A stretch of 64,000 nt of DNA, from positions 416,001-480,000 of the forward strand of contig JAVJQW010000012.1 in assembly GCA_040218735.1 (NCBI GenBank). The letters run 5' to 3'. This DNA is from Deltaproteobacteria bacterium. GTDB taxonomy: Bacteria; Myxococcota; Kuafuiibacteriia; Kuafuiibacteriales; Kuafuiibacteriaceae. The translations under genes and the position numbers were made by a program. The notes under the pieces were generated by a model, which ran no database searches, was not told the DNA's origin, and was given only the letters and a program-made list of their open reading frames with translations. Positions 45,846-55,344 of the stretch are shown here, one piece after another. The number at the start of each line of letters is the position of its first letter. Position 1 is the first letter of the stretch.

Positions 45846-47801
45846 ATGACGCCGCTCGCGCTGACCCTGCTCCTCGCCGCTCAGACCCAAACGTCCTCGA
45901 CCGCGCCCTTTTCGAAGGCGCAGCTCGAGTACCTCGACCGCCTCACCGACCAAGTCGCGGCCCGATTGCGCACCTCGGGGGACAAGTCGAACGCCCTCGA
46001 ACTGAAGGCGGAGGCCTACATCAAGTGGCTCTACCGGAACAACGCGTCGCAGGGGTGTGTGACGTACGGCAACCCGCACCCCTTGGGCGACAACTACTCC
46101 GGCGACAACGGCGCGTGCCCGGAGTTCTCGCTGTCGATCATCGGTCGTCCGATCCCGCAGCTCGAAGGCGGCTTTCGACTCCAGACGCGCTACGGCCAGC
46201 AGTTCGCCGACTACTTCGAAAACGGTGACCGGCGCCCCGGCGAAGACGCGTCGTCCGAGTCGCTCGGTCAGAACCACTCGGCGCACCTGCAGCTGCGTGG
46301 GATCTATGTCCGAGTCGCGCGACCGCTGCCGCTGATCGACTGGGTGCTCGCGGGCTCGAGCGACCTCAACCAGTTCGACGCGTGGACCGTCGGCAAGGTG
46401 CGGTTCATCGAGCGCTTCAACGCGAAGGGCATCTTCCTGCAGACGTCGATCGGCGACTACGCGAAGGTGCTGCTGTCGCGCATCGCGCTCTCCAAGCTGT
46501 ATGGCACCGCGAACTACAACTCGATCGAAGACCCGCTGCTGACGAACCCCTTCTGGGCGCGTGACGCGATCTACGCGACGTCGATCCGCACCAAGACCTT
46601 CGCCGACACGGTGCGCTTCACGCTCAACGCGGGCGTCATCCTCGACGAGGAAGCCGACGTCCGCGACCCCGACGCCGCGGGCTCCGTCAACACGATCGAC
46701 TCACGCGACGCAGTGACCGCGGTCGCCGCGCGTTTCTTCGGCGTGAACACTTCGCTCACCACGGAGATCGTCGGCTTCGACGCGTTCCGCGCGACGGCGG
46801 TCGTCGCGTTCTCGCACAACAACCCGAACACCGACTACGTCAGCAACCTCGCGCTCGGCGGGCTCGGCTTCTCGAACGTCGTCTACGACACGACGAACGA
46901 CGTCGCCGGCACGCTCCGCGTCGAGCTCCCGGACCTGTTCACCGAGGGCGCGAAGCTGTCGTTCGAGTACTTCAACATCGGCGCGGACTACAACGCGGTG
47001 GTCGGCGCGCGCCGCGAGGACGACGTGCTCCTCACCGACGGCTTCCTCGACGGCGGCCAGCTCCCGACGCTCAACCTCGCGAACGAGCTCGTCGACTTCA
47101 ACGACAAGTTCTACGAGTCGATCATCGGCTGGCACGGCGGCACTGCGCTGCTCGAGCTCGACACTTCGCTGATCGAGCTGGGCGCCGAGGGCACCTTCAT
47201 CACGTACAACACGAACCTGCAGGACCGGGACATGGACATCTACCCGGGCTTCGGCGGCTTCACCGGCTACACGGACACGCAGCTGTTCTCGTACGCCAAC
47301 ACCAACGACCGCGGCCGCGACCCGCGCGCGGTCTACCGGCGCGACCAGGACCGCCTCTCCCTCATCACCATGGTGCGCGCGAAGCTGAAGCCCGACTGGT
47401 GGGACGGCGCCGAGGTGAACGCCAAGGTGAAGTACATCCTCGACCGCGACGGCCGCGACAACGACACCGACGCGGACGACTACTTCGGCAACCTCTTCAT
47501 GGCGCAGGTCTCCGTCGGCGCGCAGCTCCTCGACCGCCTCTCCGCCACCGTCGGCGTCGCGGGCGACTATTGGATCGAAGACGGCCGCAGCGGCACCTAC
47601 GCCGGCGGCGTCCCGAGCTTCCTCGACTACTCGACGCTCCGCCTCCGCCCCTGGATCGGAATGCGCTACACGATGGGCCCGCTCTCCGCGGGCTACCACT
47701 TCGAGGTCGTCACGAAGTCGATCGACACCACCGACGACACCCAGGACGGGGAGATCGGCCCGGTGATCCGAAGCGTCGGCTGGATGGCCGCACAGTTCTG
47801 A
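45846..47801 (+). CDS. Large outer-membrane beta-barrel protein, function unknown
   Basis: Signal peptide, aromatic/Asn/Asp-rich strands, C-terminal Phe (GWMAAQF). Confidence 0.75.
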   Translation: MTPLALTLLLAAQTQTSSTAPFSKAQLEYLDRLTDQVAARLRTSGDKSNALELKAEAYIKWLYRNNASQGCVTYGNPHPLGDNYSGDNGACPEFSLSIIGRPIPQLEGGFRLQTRYGQQFADYFENGDRRPGEDASSESLGQNHSAHLQLRGIYVRVARPLPLIDWVLAGSSDLNQFDAWTVGKVRFIERFNAKGIFLQTSIGDYAKVLLSRIALSKLYGTANYNSIEDPLLTNPFWARDAIYATSIRTKTFADTVRFTLNAGVILDEEADVRDPDAAGSVNTIDSRDAVTAVAARFFGVNTSLTTEIVGFDAFRATAVVAFSHNNPNTDYVSNLALGGLGFSNVVYDTTNDVAGTLRVELPDLFTEGAKLSFEYFNIGADYNAVVGARREDDVLLTDGFLDGGQLPTLNLANELVDFNDKFYESIIGWHGGTALLELDTSLIELGAEGTFITYNTNLQDRDMDIYPGFGGFTGYTDTQLFSYANTNDRGRDPRAVYRRDQDRLSLITMVRAKLKPDWWDGAEVNAKVKYILDRDGRDNDTDADDYFGNLFMAQVSVGAQLLDRLSATVGVAGDYWIEDGRSGTYAGGVPSFLDYSTLRLRPWIGMRYTMGPLSAGYHFEVVTKSIDTTDDTQDGEIGPVIRSVGWMAAQF

Positions 47802-47813
47802 TTACGGCTTAGC

Positions 47814-49085
47814 TTAGCCGTCCATCGGCAGCTCGTACTGGTCCCACATATCGCCCGACTTTGCCTTCTCCAGCATCTGAGCCATCACGACTCGTTCACC
47901 GTCGGAACGACAGTTGATGAGTCCGTAATGAATCCTCGCCGCTCCCCTGTGCGAACGCGCGAGTTCCGTAGAGAAGACCAGGGGACGACGGCCCCTCGAA
48001 TATCGACCGCAGCAGCCGAGCGCATCCGCCCGTGGGTGAGCATAGTTCTCGTTATCGCCGGACGAGAAGACCGTCGCATACGGCTGCGTCGCTTCGAGGA
48101 AACTGGTCGTGAACTCGGATGCGCCGTGGTGACAGGCCTTGGCGACGTCGACCTGGAACGAGTGCGCCTCCCAGTGAGCGAGCAGATGCTCCTGCGCAGG
48201 TGTATTGAGATCACCGCCAAGTAGGAAACTCCGATCTCCATACCAGAGACGCAAAACCACGCTGTTGCCGTTGCTCGTGTGCGACTCGTCCTTAAACCAC
48301 GGAAACGCGCCATTGCTGCGCGGCGCAGCCACGGGCCCAAGAACCTCGATGGGAAGTTCACTCCTCATACCGAAGCCCGGAACGCAACCGTCCGACGCCG
48401 CCAAGCGTCTCATCCCCTGGAGCCGGCCAGCGGAGTTCGCCCCAATAACGGCCTTGAGGAATGTCTCGAAGGTCCTCATGAGACCGCCCGCGGACAGCAG
48501 CGCCTTGGCGTCGTCGACCGTGCTAAAACTGGGTTCGATCCGAGTTCGTCCTCGGCCATTGAGGGATACCGTTCGGCCGATCTTGCTGTCGTACCGTCCA
48601 GAGCGCCCCTTGGAGAAGCGAGCGATACCGTTGTGCAAGACATGACCTATCTCGAAGTGCTCGCTCCCGATGATGTAGTTGAGCCCTCCGAAATGGTCTG
48701 CGTCGAAATGGCTGACGATCACCGCATCTAGCCGCACGCGCTCGCCTCTCTCAATGAGCCACCTGTACTTATACTTCGTCAAGTAGTTGTACATGTTGCG
48801 GCGGTACTGTCCGCCATCCACGAGAACCCTCCGGCCGGGGGTCTCGATAAGACATCCGTCCCCCTGACCGACATCAATGAAGAAGATCTTCAAGTACCGA
48901 TTCTCCGTTGTGACCTCCTTGCGAGGCACCCAGCCCGTCTCACCAAAGGCGCTCACCAGCAGCCACATCCCCTCGTCACGAACCACATTCATCCAGGCGC
49001 CCATCAGCACCGTCGTGAAGGAGGACCTCCCTCCCGGCTTCTTTCTCAAAGGCAACTCGGGGACGGCAGCGTAGACGACCGACAA
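47814..49085 (-). CDS. ComEC/Rec2-type MBL-fold hydrolase with an SH3-like N-terminus and no membrane domain
   Basis: FIDVGQGDG, SHFDADHFGG, NGNSVV, LLGGD, KACHHG, SSGDNENYAHPRAD; TTG 49085 start inferred just after the upstream TAA. Confidence 0.85.
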   Translation of the reverse strand: MSVVYAAVPELPLRKKPGGRSSFTTVLMGAWMNVVRDEGMWLLVSAFGETGWVPRKEVTTENRYLKIFFIDVGQGDGCLIETPGRRVLVDGGQYRRNMYNYLTKYKYRWLIERGERVRLDAVIVSHFDADHFGGLNYIIGSEHFEIGHVLHNGIARFSKGRSGRYDSKIGRTVSLNGRGRTRIEPSFSTVDDAKALLSAGGLMRTFETFLKAVIGANSAGRLQGMRRLAASDGCVPGFGMRSELPIEVLGPVAAPRSNGAFPWFKDESHTSNGNSVVLRLWYGDRSFLLGGDLNTPAQEHLLAHWEAHSFQVDVAKACHHGASEFTTSFLEATQPYATVFSSGDNENYAHPRADALGCCGRYSRGRRPLVFSTELARSHRGAARIHYGLINCRSDGERVVMAQMLEKAKSGDMWDQYELPMDG

Positions 49086-49086
49086 C

Positions 49087-50754
49087 TTAGAGCCCGAACT
49101 TCCCGAGCGAAACGAGCTCTTTAATGTCGACACCGACAAGCAGGAACGCCTTGATCCTGTCTTCGTCCCGCGTTGCCGCAACGCTGAATGAAATCTTCCT
49201 AAAAAGCAGCACACCGCCCCCCAGACCGAGAAGGACTGACGCCTTCTCGGAGTCATCATCCACGACACGCGCAAGTAGCGACACATGCGCAAACAGCGAA
49301 AAGAGGTATCCCAGATCCGGAAATGACCGAGGGTTAAACGAGACAACGAAGGGAAATGTCACCGCCGTATACTTAGCGTCACCGGTCTTAAGATCGGCCG
49401 CCCACGAAATCGGAATCGTCGACTCGTACTCTTCGTCGAAAGGGCTCACATCCTTAGCCGCTGAAACAAGCTCTGTCACGACGGGAAACGTAGTCACAAA
49501 ACCAAGATTCTTCGGCGTGAACGGCTGAGAACGCGCCACGAGCACCTGCTCCTTCCCAACCTTTCCGTAGGCTCTCAGCTCGATCTGCTTGTCGAGGTAC
49601 TTCTTCGGGACAACGTCCAGTAAGAACTCAAAACGCTCGGTAGGCTTGGTCTTAAGTTTGACCTCCTTATTGTCAGCCAGCGTGGCCAGCCTATACTCAA
49701 AATGCTTACCGACAAGGTCGTAGTAGATATCTGCCGCGGTGCTGTCGCCAAACGACCACAGCGGCTCCGGCACTCGGATCGCGAGCTTCGAGGTCTGATC
49801 TACGACCTCCCGAACACGCCGATGTTCGGTCCTCGTCACCTCCATGAACTCAACAACATTGTTCCATGACGGGAGAATCCGCAGGGTATGTTCGAACGGA
49901 ATAACGACGAAGTGGTCCCCCCGAAACGGGGTGAGTTTGCTTGTATCTTTAGGGCCAGCAACCTTCAGCTTCTGGGTCATGTCCCATAGCGCTCGTTTGT
50001 GAACTCGGTAGAGCCCCTCTGGCGTCTTTGCAGCATCCGCTAGGTCTTTGGGGAACGGGCCATTCGCATGAGTGGCGGGTAACAAGAGCTCCCGGGAGTT
50101 GTCGAGTGCCGCATGGATCTTGGTCCACTTGGACCGCGGCATGGTCGAGTCCGGGCAGAAGGAAGCCAAGACGAAGCCGCCGTGCGGCGTTTCGAGAGGC
50201 CAGGCCTGCGCGACACGCGACATCGGCAGCCCTGCCAGGGCGGCCGGGTACACCACGGGGGCCTTCTTGTTCGCCTCCATCCGGAGGAGGAGTTCGTACG
50301 CACAGAGCTGCTCCGAGCTGTAGCGAAGATGGACACTCACATCGACCTGCGCTGCACGAGATCCGAGCCTCGGAAAGTCGTGCTGTTCGAGGATGGGGAT
50401 GGGTTTTCCCGTCACCGGCTGCTGGTCGGTCAAGAACACCGCCCCTTTGCTCCCGTCGACCGACTTGATCGTGACGGCATCCAGCGTGTTCGCCAACCGC
50501 TTCGCAGCAGCGTCTTGGTTCATCCGAAGCTCGATACGCAGCAGCTTTCCGTGCCCGAAGAAATGCAGCGGGACGACCGGCGCGTTTAGGTCGATCTGGA
50601 CGTCGACCTGCTTCGGCTTACCGAGCTTGGCGTCGGTGAGCGAATACACTGCGTAGAGCTCGTAGGGCCGTGCTATTGCATCCACAGGGGCCGCAATAAG
50701 TACGGCGTATACGGCCGCAACGAATATTCGTGTCGTCGTTGAGTACTTGTGCAC
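49087..50754 (-). CDS. Secreted or outer-membrane hypothetical protein (555 aa) in the lower-GC islet
   Basis: Signal-peptide-like N-terminus, Lys-rich body, hydrophobic beta-type C-terminus; many A/T-ending codons. Confidence 0.7.
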   Translation of the reverse strand: MHKYSTTTRIFVAAVYAVLIAAPVDAIARPYELYAVYSLTDAKLGKPKQVDVQIDLNAPVVPLHFFGHGKLLRIELRMNQDAAAKRLANTLDAVTIKSVDGSKGAVFLTDQQPVTGKPIPILEQHDFPRLGSRAAQVDVSVHLRYSSEQLCAYELLLRMEANKKAPVVYPAALAGLPMSRVAQAWPLETPHGGFVLASFCPDSTMPRSKWTKIHAALDNSRELLLPATHANGPFPKDLADAAKTPEGLYRVHKRALWDMTQKLKVAGPKDTSKLTPFRGDHFVVIPFEHTLRILPSWNNVVEFMEVTRTEHRRVREVVDQTSKLAIRVPEPLWSFGDSTAADIYYDLVGKHFEYRLATLADNKEVKLKTKPTERFEFLLDVVPKKYLDKQIELRAYGKVGKEQVLVARSQPFTPKNLGFVTTFPVVTELVSAAKDVSPFDEEYESTIPISWAADLKTGDAKYTAVTFPFVVSFNPRSFPDLGYLFSLFAHVSLLARVVDDDSEKASVLLGLGGGVLLFRKISFSVAATRDEDRIKAFLLVGVDIKELVSLGKFGL

Positions 50755-50795
50755 GCTGGTAGATACGGCGCGGGCGCTCCTGTTCTCTCCGAGCG

Positions 50796-51956
50796 CTACG
50801 CGTTCGCCTGCGCCAACCCCTGGAGCGTCTCGAGCAGGGCGTCCTCACCGGACGCCGGGATCTTCATCTCACCGCCATCCCGCGTGCGCACGACGATGTT
50901 GGAGTGGAGGGCGCCGTCCCAGCCGTCGACGCTCGCGAGCTGGCCGAGGGGGAGCGCGACGCGGTCGTCCATCTCGTGCGCGTAGCAGTGGGTCGCCGTG
51001 AAGACGACGGCGTCCTTGCCGGAGCCGAACATCGTGAGGTCGAAGGCGGCGATGATGTCGGCGCCCTGGACGTCGGGCGGCAGCACCACCGAGCGGATGT
51101 TCTTCTCCTTCTTCGCGGGGAGCTCGCCGAGGTGGATCTTCTTGCCGACGTGCGGGCCGATGTGACGCTGGAGAACCTCGACGTAGTCGCGCGTCCCGCT
51201 CATCGGTTGCGCGGCCGGCGTGGGGGCCGACGCCGCGTCGTCGTGCGGTACGTCGGCGACCTCGGGCTCGGGCGCCGCGACCTCTCCGAGCAGCACCGCC
51301 CGAAAGAGCCCCTCGTACGTCGCGGGGTGCACGAGCGCCTGCCTCGGCTGCGCGCCGGATCCCAGCGCCGCCGCCGCAGCTTCCGCCAGCGCGGCGAAGT
51401 GCGCGAACCCGACCTTGTACGTCGTGAACCCGCCGTAGCGCCCCGTCTGGAGCACGAGCACCGAGCGCCCGTCGCCGAGGCTCGCGATCTGAATCGCCCA
51501 CTCCAGCTCGATCTTGCCCATCCCGAGCGCCCACTCGAACTTCGACTTCTTCGCGACCTTCTTCAGCGCCCCGTTGCCGTCGAGGGCCTTGGCCACCGAC
51601 TTGTCGACCGGTGACGCCCAGCCCTTCGAGAAGATGTTCTGCTGAAACGCGACGGCGGCCGGGAGCGCGCCGTCGAGGATCACGTAGTGCTCCCCGGGCA
51701 TCGCGGCGACACCCGCGTACGGCTGAAAGAACAGGTGCGTGCGACCGTTCGTCTCGAACGTGAACGTCTGGACGTGGTCGACGTTCATGCGTCCCCCGAC
51801 GATCGACTTCAGCGCGCCGGACAGCACCCCCGCCCCGCCGCCGACGCCCGCCTCGTCGAACGCGACCTGGCGCGCGCCCGCTTCGGCGGCCTCCTTCTCG
51901 AGCGACTCCCGCTGCCTGTCGTGTGCCTTGCCTGCGTTCTTCTCGAGGATTCCCAC
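50796..51956 (-). CDS. Hypothetical two-domain protein
   Basis: Host-like codon usage; Pro/Ala linker; C-terminal DLTMFGSGKDAVVFT motif. Confidence 0.75.
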   Translation of the reverse strand: MGILEKNAGKAHDRQRESLEKEAAEAGARQVAFDEAGVGGGAGVLSGALKSIVGGRMNVDHVQTFTFETNGRTHLFFQPYAGVAAMPGEHYVILDGALPAAVAFQQNIFSKGWASPVDKSVAKALDGNGALKKVAKKSKFEWALGMGKIELEWAIQIASLGDGRSVLVLQTGRYGGFTTYKVGFAHFAALAEAAAAALGSGAQPRQALVHPATYEGLFRAVLLGEVAAPEPEVADVPHDDAASAPTPAAQPMSGTRDYVEVLQRHIGPHVGKKIHLGELPAKKEKNIRSVVLPPDVQGADIIAAFDLTMFGSGKDAVVFTATHCYAHEMDDRVALPLGQLASVDGWDGALHSNIVVRTRDGGEMKIPASGEDALLETLQGLAQANA

Positions 51957-52038
51957 GATGTCTTGCTACGCCCTCCCCCGCCCGAGCTTCCCCCGGGACC
52001 TTCAGACTCTCGAAAGATCTCCTCGCTACGGTCGCTCC

Positions 52039-52950
52039 ATGACCAAGCACTACTCGCTCGACCGCCGCGCGCTGCTGCAGCACGCCGCCCTCGGCCTCGC
52101 CGCCGCCCCCCTCCTGAAGGCGTGCGCAGGCGAGGACGGCACGATGATCGCCGACCGCGACGCCGGCTCCTCCGGAACACGTGACGGCGGCGCGAACAGC
52201 GCCCGGGACGGCGGTAGCGAGACCGCCGACGCTGGCGCGACCGACGCCGGCACCACGCGCGACGGCGGCGTCTCGACCGGCGGCTGGGCGACCGGCGGAA
52301 CCGCCGCGATGACCGCGAAGGCGTCGTACCCGAACCCGTTCTCGGCCGCCGCGTCGGGCTGCGCGCTCGTCGGCACGACGACCGAGGGGCCCTGCACGAC
52401 CGACACCGACCTCGACCGCGAAGACGTCTCCGAAGGCTGGACCGGCCTCCCCGTCCGCCTCGCGCTGCGCGTCGTCGACACGGCGTGCGCACCGTTGGCC
52501 GGCGCCACGGTGAAGATCTGGCACACCAACATCGAAGGCATCTACTCCGGCCAGACGCCCAACCCGGGGATGTGCAACGACAACAACCAGAGCTACATCG
52601 CGCAGGATTTCTTCCGCGGCGTGCAGACCACCGACGCCGACGGCATCGTCTACTTCGACACCTGCTTCCCGGGTTGGTACCGCGGACGCGCCGTCCACAT
52701 TCACTTCCAGGTGAAGTCCGGCAACACGTCGTATCGGATCTCGCAGCTGTTCTTCCCCGAGGCGATCACCACGGAGATCTTCGACGACCACCCCGAGTAC
52801 GAATCGTACGGGCAGCCGGACACGACGTTCTCGAACGACAACATCTACTCGATGCTCCCGAGCGCCTCGCGTGACGCGCTGGTGCTCGACGTCGAGCAGA
52901 TGAGCGACGGCGCGATGCTCGCCTCCAAGACCGTCACGGTGACGAGCTGA
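52039..52950 (+). CDS. Intradiol ring-cleavage dioxygenase-like Tat lipoprotein
   Basis: DRRALL twin-Arg plus LKAC lipobox; TEGP, IWH, GIYS, FRGVQTTD, FPGWYRGRAVHIH, SQLFF. Confidence 0.9.
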   Translation: MTKHYSLDRRALLQHAALGLAAAPLLKACAGEDGTMIADRDAGSSGTRDGGANSARDGGSETADAGATDAGTTRDGGVSTGGWATGGTAAMTAKASYPNPFSAAASGCALVGTTTEGPCTTDTDLDREDVSEGWTGLPVRLALRVVDTACAPLAGATVKIWHTNIEGIYSGQTPNPGMCNDNNQSYIAQDFFRGVQTTDADGIVYFDTCFPGWYRGRAVHIHFQVKSGNTSYRISQLFFPEAITTEIFDDHPEYESYGQPDTTFSNDNIYSMLPSASRDALVLDVEQMSDGAMLASKTVTVTS

Positions 52951-52994
52951 GTACGGTAGTCTCGTCAAAGGTCGCACGCGAGGCGACGAACGCC

Positions 52995-53666
52995 ATGGCA
53001 CGTCACGTCCTGATCCTCGAAGACGACCGCGAGCTCGGAGCACAGCTCGTGCGTCACCTCGAGAAGGCCGGGCTCACCGCGTCGTGGATGGAGGACGGCG
53101 CGACGGTCGACGCCGACACGCTCCGCGGCGTCGATCTCGTCGTCCTCGACATCATGCTCCCGTCCGTGAACGGTCTCGACCTGCTGGAGTACATGCGTAC
53201 GTTCTCGGACGTGCCGGTGCTCGTGCTCAGCGCGCGCAACGAAACCGCCGACAAGGTCCGCGGTCTGAAGCTCGGCGCGGACGACTACATGACGAAGCCG
53301 TTCTGGCCCGACGAGTTCCTCGAACGCGTCCGCGCTCGGCTGCGTCGACCGACGCTCGAACGCAGCGACCGCCTCGAAGTCGGCCCGCTCGCGATCGACC
53401 GCGCCGCGCGGCGTGCGTTCCTGAACGACCGCCCGCTCACGCTCACCCGCGTCGAGCTCGAGCTCCTCCTCACGCTCGCGGAGCGGCCCGGCGCCGCCGT
53501 CACGCGACGCGCGCTCGCGGACCGCGCGCTGGACCCGGACGGCGACGGCGACGAACGCACCCTCGACGTCCACGTCTCGCGCATCCGCAAGAAGCTCGGC
53601 GATCGCGCGCTGATCGAGACGGTGTGGGGCATCGGCTACCGCCTCGCCGCGGAGACCGACGCGTGA
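52995..53666 (+). CDS. OmpR-family response regulator
   Basis: ILEDD, VLDIMLP, GADDYMTKPF, RTLDVHVSRIRKK, ETVWGIGY. Confidence 0.96.
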   Translation: MARHVLILEDDRELGAQLVRHLEKAGLTASWMEDGATVDADTLRGVDLVVLDIMLPSVNGLDLLEYMRTFSDVPVLVLSARNETADKVRGLKLGADDYMTKPFWPDEFLERVRARLRRPTLERSDRLEVGPLAIDRAARRAFLNDRPLTLTRVELELLLTLAERPGAAVTRRALADRALDPDGDGDERTLDVHVSRIRKKLGDRALIETVWGIGYRLAAETDA

Positions 53667-55282
53667 AGCTACGCGCCCAGCTCACGATCACGACCATCGC
53701 CGTGAGCCTGCCCATGATCGCGGGTCTCGTCGTCTGGGACGACGGCTCACGCCAACGCGCCGCCGAAGACGAGCTCGCCGCGTTCGGGCAGGGCCTCGCG
53801 TCGTCGGCGCGCTGGCGCGCACGCTGCGAGGCGTCGCCCGAGACGTGGCGGGGGCGACCGGAAGGCCCGCCCGGTCACCCGGGACGACCGCCCGACGAAC
53901 ACTCAGATCAGCCTCCGCACGAACGCGGAGATCAGCCTCCGCACGAACGCGGAGATCGGCCTCCGCACAAACGCGGAGATCGGCCTCCGCACGAACGCGG
54001 AGATCGGCCTCCGCACGAACGCGGCGCAGGCCGACCGCCCGACGGACTCACCGGCCGACCGCCCGACGAAAGCGGTGCCGGCCCACCGCCGGGCGGACAC
54101 GGCACCGATCATCCTCCGCATGGACGCGGCGGACCGCCCGGCCCGCCTCCGCGCGGTCAGCACCGGCGCCCCGCGGCGTTCTTCGCCTACGACGCGAAGC
54201 TCGCGTCGCCGCACCCCGAGGCCCCGGCGCTGCCGGCTTCACTCGCCGTCATCGCCGACGGCTACGTCTCGCTCCCCGCCGACCGGGGCCTCGTTCGCGT
54301 CCTCTTCCGCGTCCCGGGCGGCGAGCGCTGCGCGTTTGTGCTCGCGGAGGGCACCACCGAGCCTTGGCTCGGCGGCGTGCTGCCTCCGACGCAGGCCTGG
54401 TTGCTCCCCTTCGCCGCGCTCCTCATCGCCGTCGTCCTGACCAGCGCGCCGCTCGTCGGTCGCATCCGTCGCCTGACGACCGGCGTGGAGGCTTCGGTCG
54501 CCTCGGGCTACGTCACCGGCGTCCCGACCGAGGGCAACGACGAGCTGGCGAACCTCGCGCGCGCCTTCGACGGCGCCGCGCGCGAGGTTCGCCACCAACT
54601 CGAACGCGCCGAGCACCGCGAGCAAGCGCTCCGCGACTTCGTCGCGAACACCACCCACGACGTCATGATCCCGCTGACCGTCCTTCAGGGGCACCTCGCC
54701 GAGCTGGACCAACAGACGAGCGTCGGCGACGCGATGGCCGAAGCCCACTACCTCGGTGCGCTGATTCAGAACCTCTCGCTCGCCGCCAAGCTCGACGCCG
54801 TCGAACCCGAGCCGCTCGCCGAGCCGGTCGACCTCGCCGCCCTCGTCGAACGCGTCTACAACCGGCACCGCCCGGTCGCACGCAGCCGCTCGGTGCGCAT
54901 CGACCGCGCCGTCCCTCCGGAACCCACCGCGGTGCTCGGCGACGTCACGATGCTGGAGCAAGCGGTGAGCAACGTCGTGCACAACGCCGTCCGCTACAAC
55001 ACGGCGGGCGGCCACGTCGCGATCGTGCTCGAACGCGACCACGATCGCTTCACCCTCTCCGTCGTCGACGATGGCCCCGGCATCCCGCCCCACGAACGCG
55101 AGCGCCTCCTGGAACGCGGCTACCGCACCACCGACGCGCGCACCCGTTCGCCGGAGGGCCACGGCATCGGCCTCGACATCACCCAGCGCGTGATCGCCAA
55201 ACACGAGCTCGAGCTCGAGCTCGACGCGGCGGAAGAAGAACGCGGTTTGCGCGTCACCGTCGCGGGCCCCCTCGCGACCTGA
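53663..55282 (+). CDS. HAMP sensor histidine kinase with a His/Pro-rich extracytoplasmic insert
   Basis: GTGA overlap with the regulator; two TM segments; DELANLARAFD, NTTHDVMIPL, NVVHNAVRY, DDGPGI, GHGIGL. Confidence 0.92.
   Translation: MKLRAQLTITTIAVSLPMIAGLVVWDDGSRQRAAEDELAAFGQGLASSARWRARCEASPETWRGRPEGPPGHPGRPPDEHSDQPPHERGDQPPHERGDRPPHKRGDRPPHERGDRPPHERGAGRPPDGLTGRPPDESGAGPPPGGHGTDHPPHGRGGPPGPPPRGQHRRPAAFFAYDAKLASPHPEAPALPASLAVIADGYVSLPADRGLVRVLFRVPGGERCAFVLAEGTTEPWLGGVLPPTQAWLLPFAALLIAVVLTSAPLVGRIRRLTTGVEASVASGYVTGVPTEGNDELANLARAFDGAAREVRHQLERAEHREQALRDFVANTTHDVMIPLTVLQGHLAELDQQTSVGDAMAEAHYLGALIQNLSLAAKLDAVEPEPLAEPVDLAALVERVYNRHRPVARSRSVRIDRAVPPEPTAVLGDVTMLEQAVSNVVHNAVRYNTAGGHVAIVLERDHDRFTLSVVDDGPGIPPHERERLLERGYRTTDARTRSPEGHGIGLDITQRVIAKHELELELDAAEEERGLRVTVAGPLAT
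53905..54024 (+). repeat. Intragenic 24-bp tandem repeat, 5 copies
   Basis: AGATC(A/G)GCCTCCGCAC(G/A)AACGCGG x5, encoding D(Q/R)PPH(E/K)RG. Confidence 0.95.
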
Positions 55283-55344
55283 GCGCCCGGCCTTTTACAA
55301 CCCTTTTACCCAACGCCCCCGCGCCCGGTGGCAGGCTCGAAGTC

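Noticed and set aside
47814-49085. Calling the MBL gene comEC
   Set aside because: It lacks the multi-pass competence domain; only the hydrolase fold is present.
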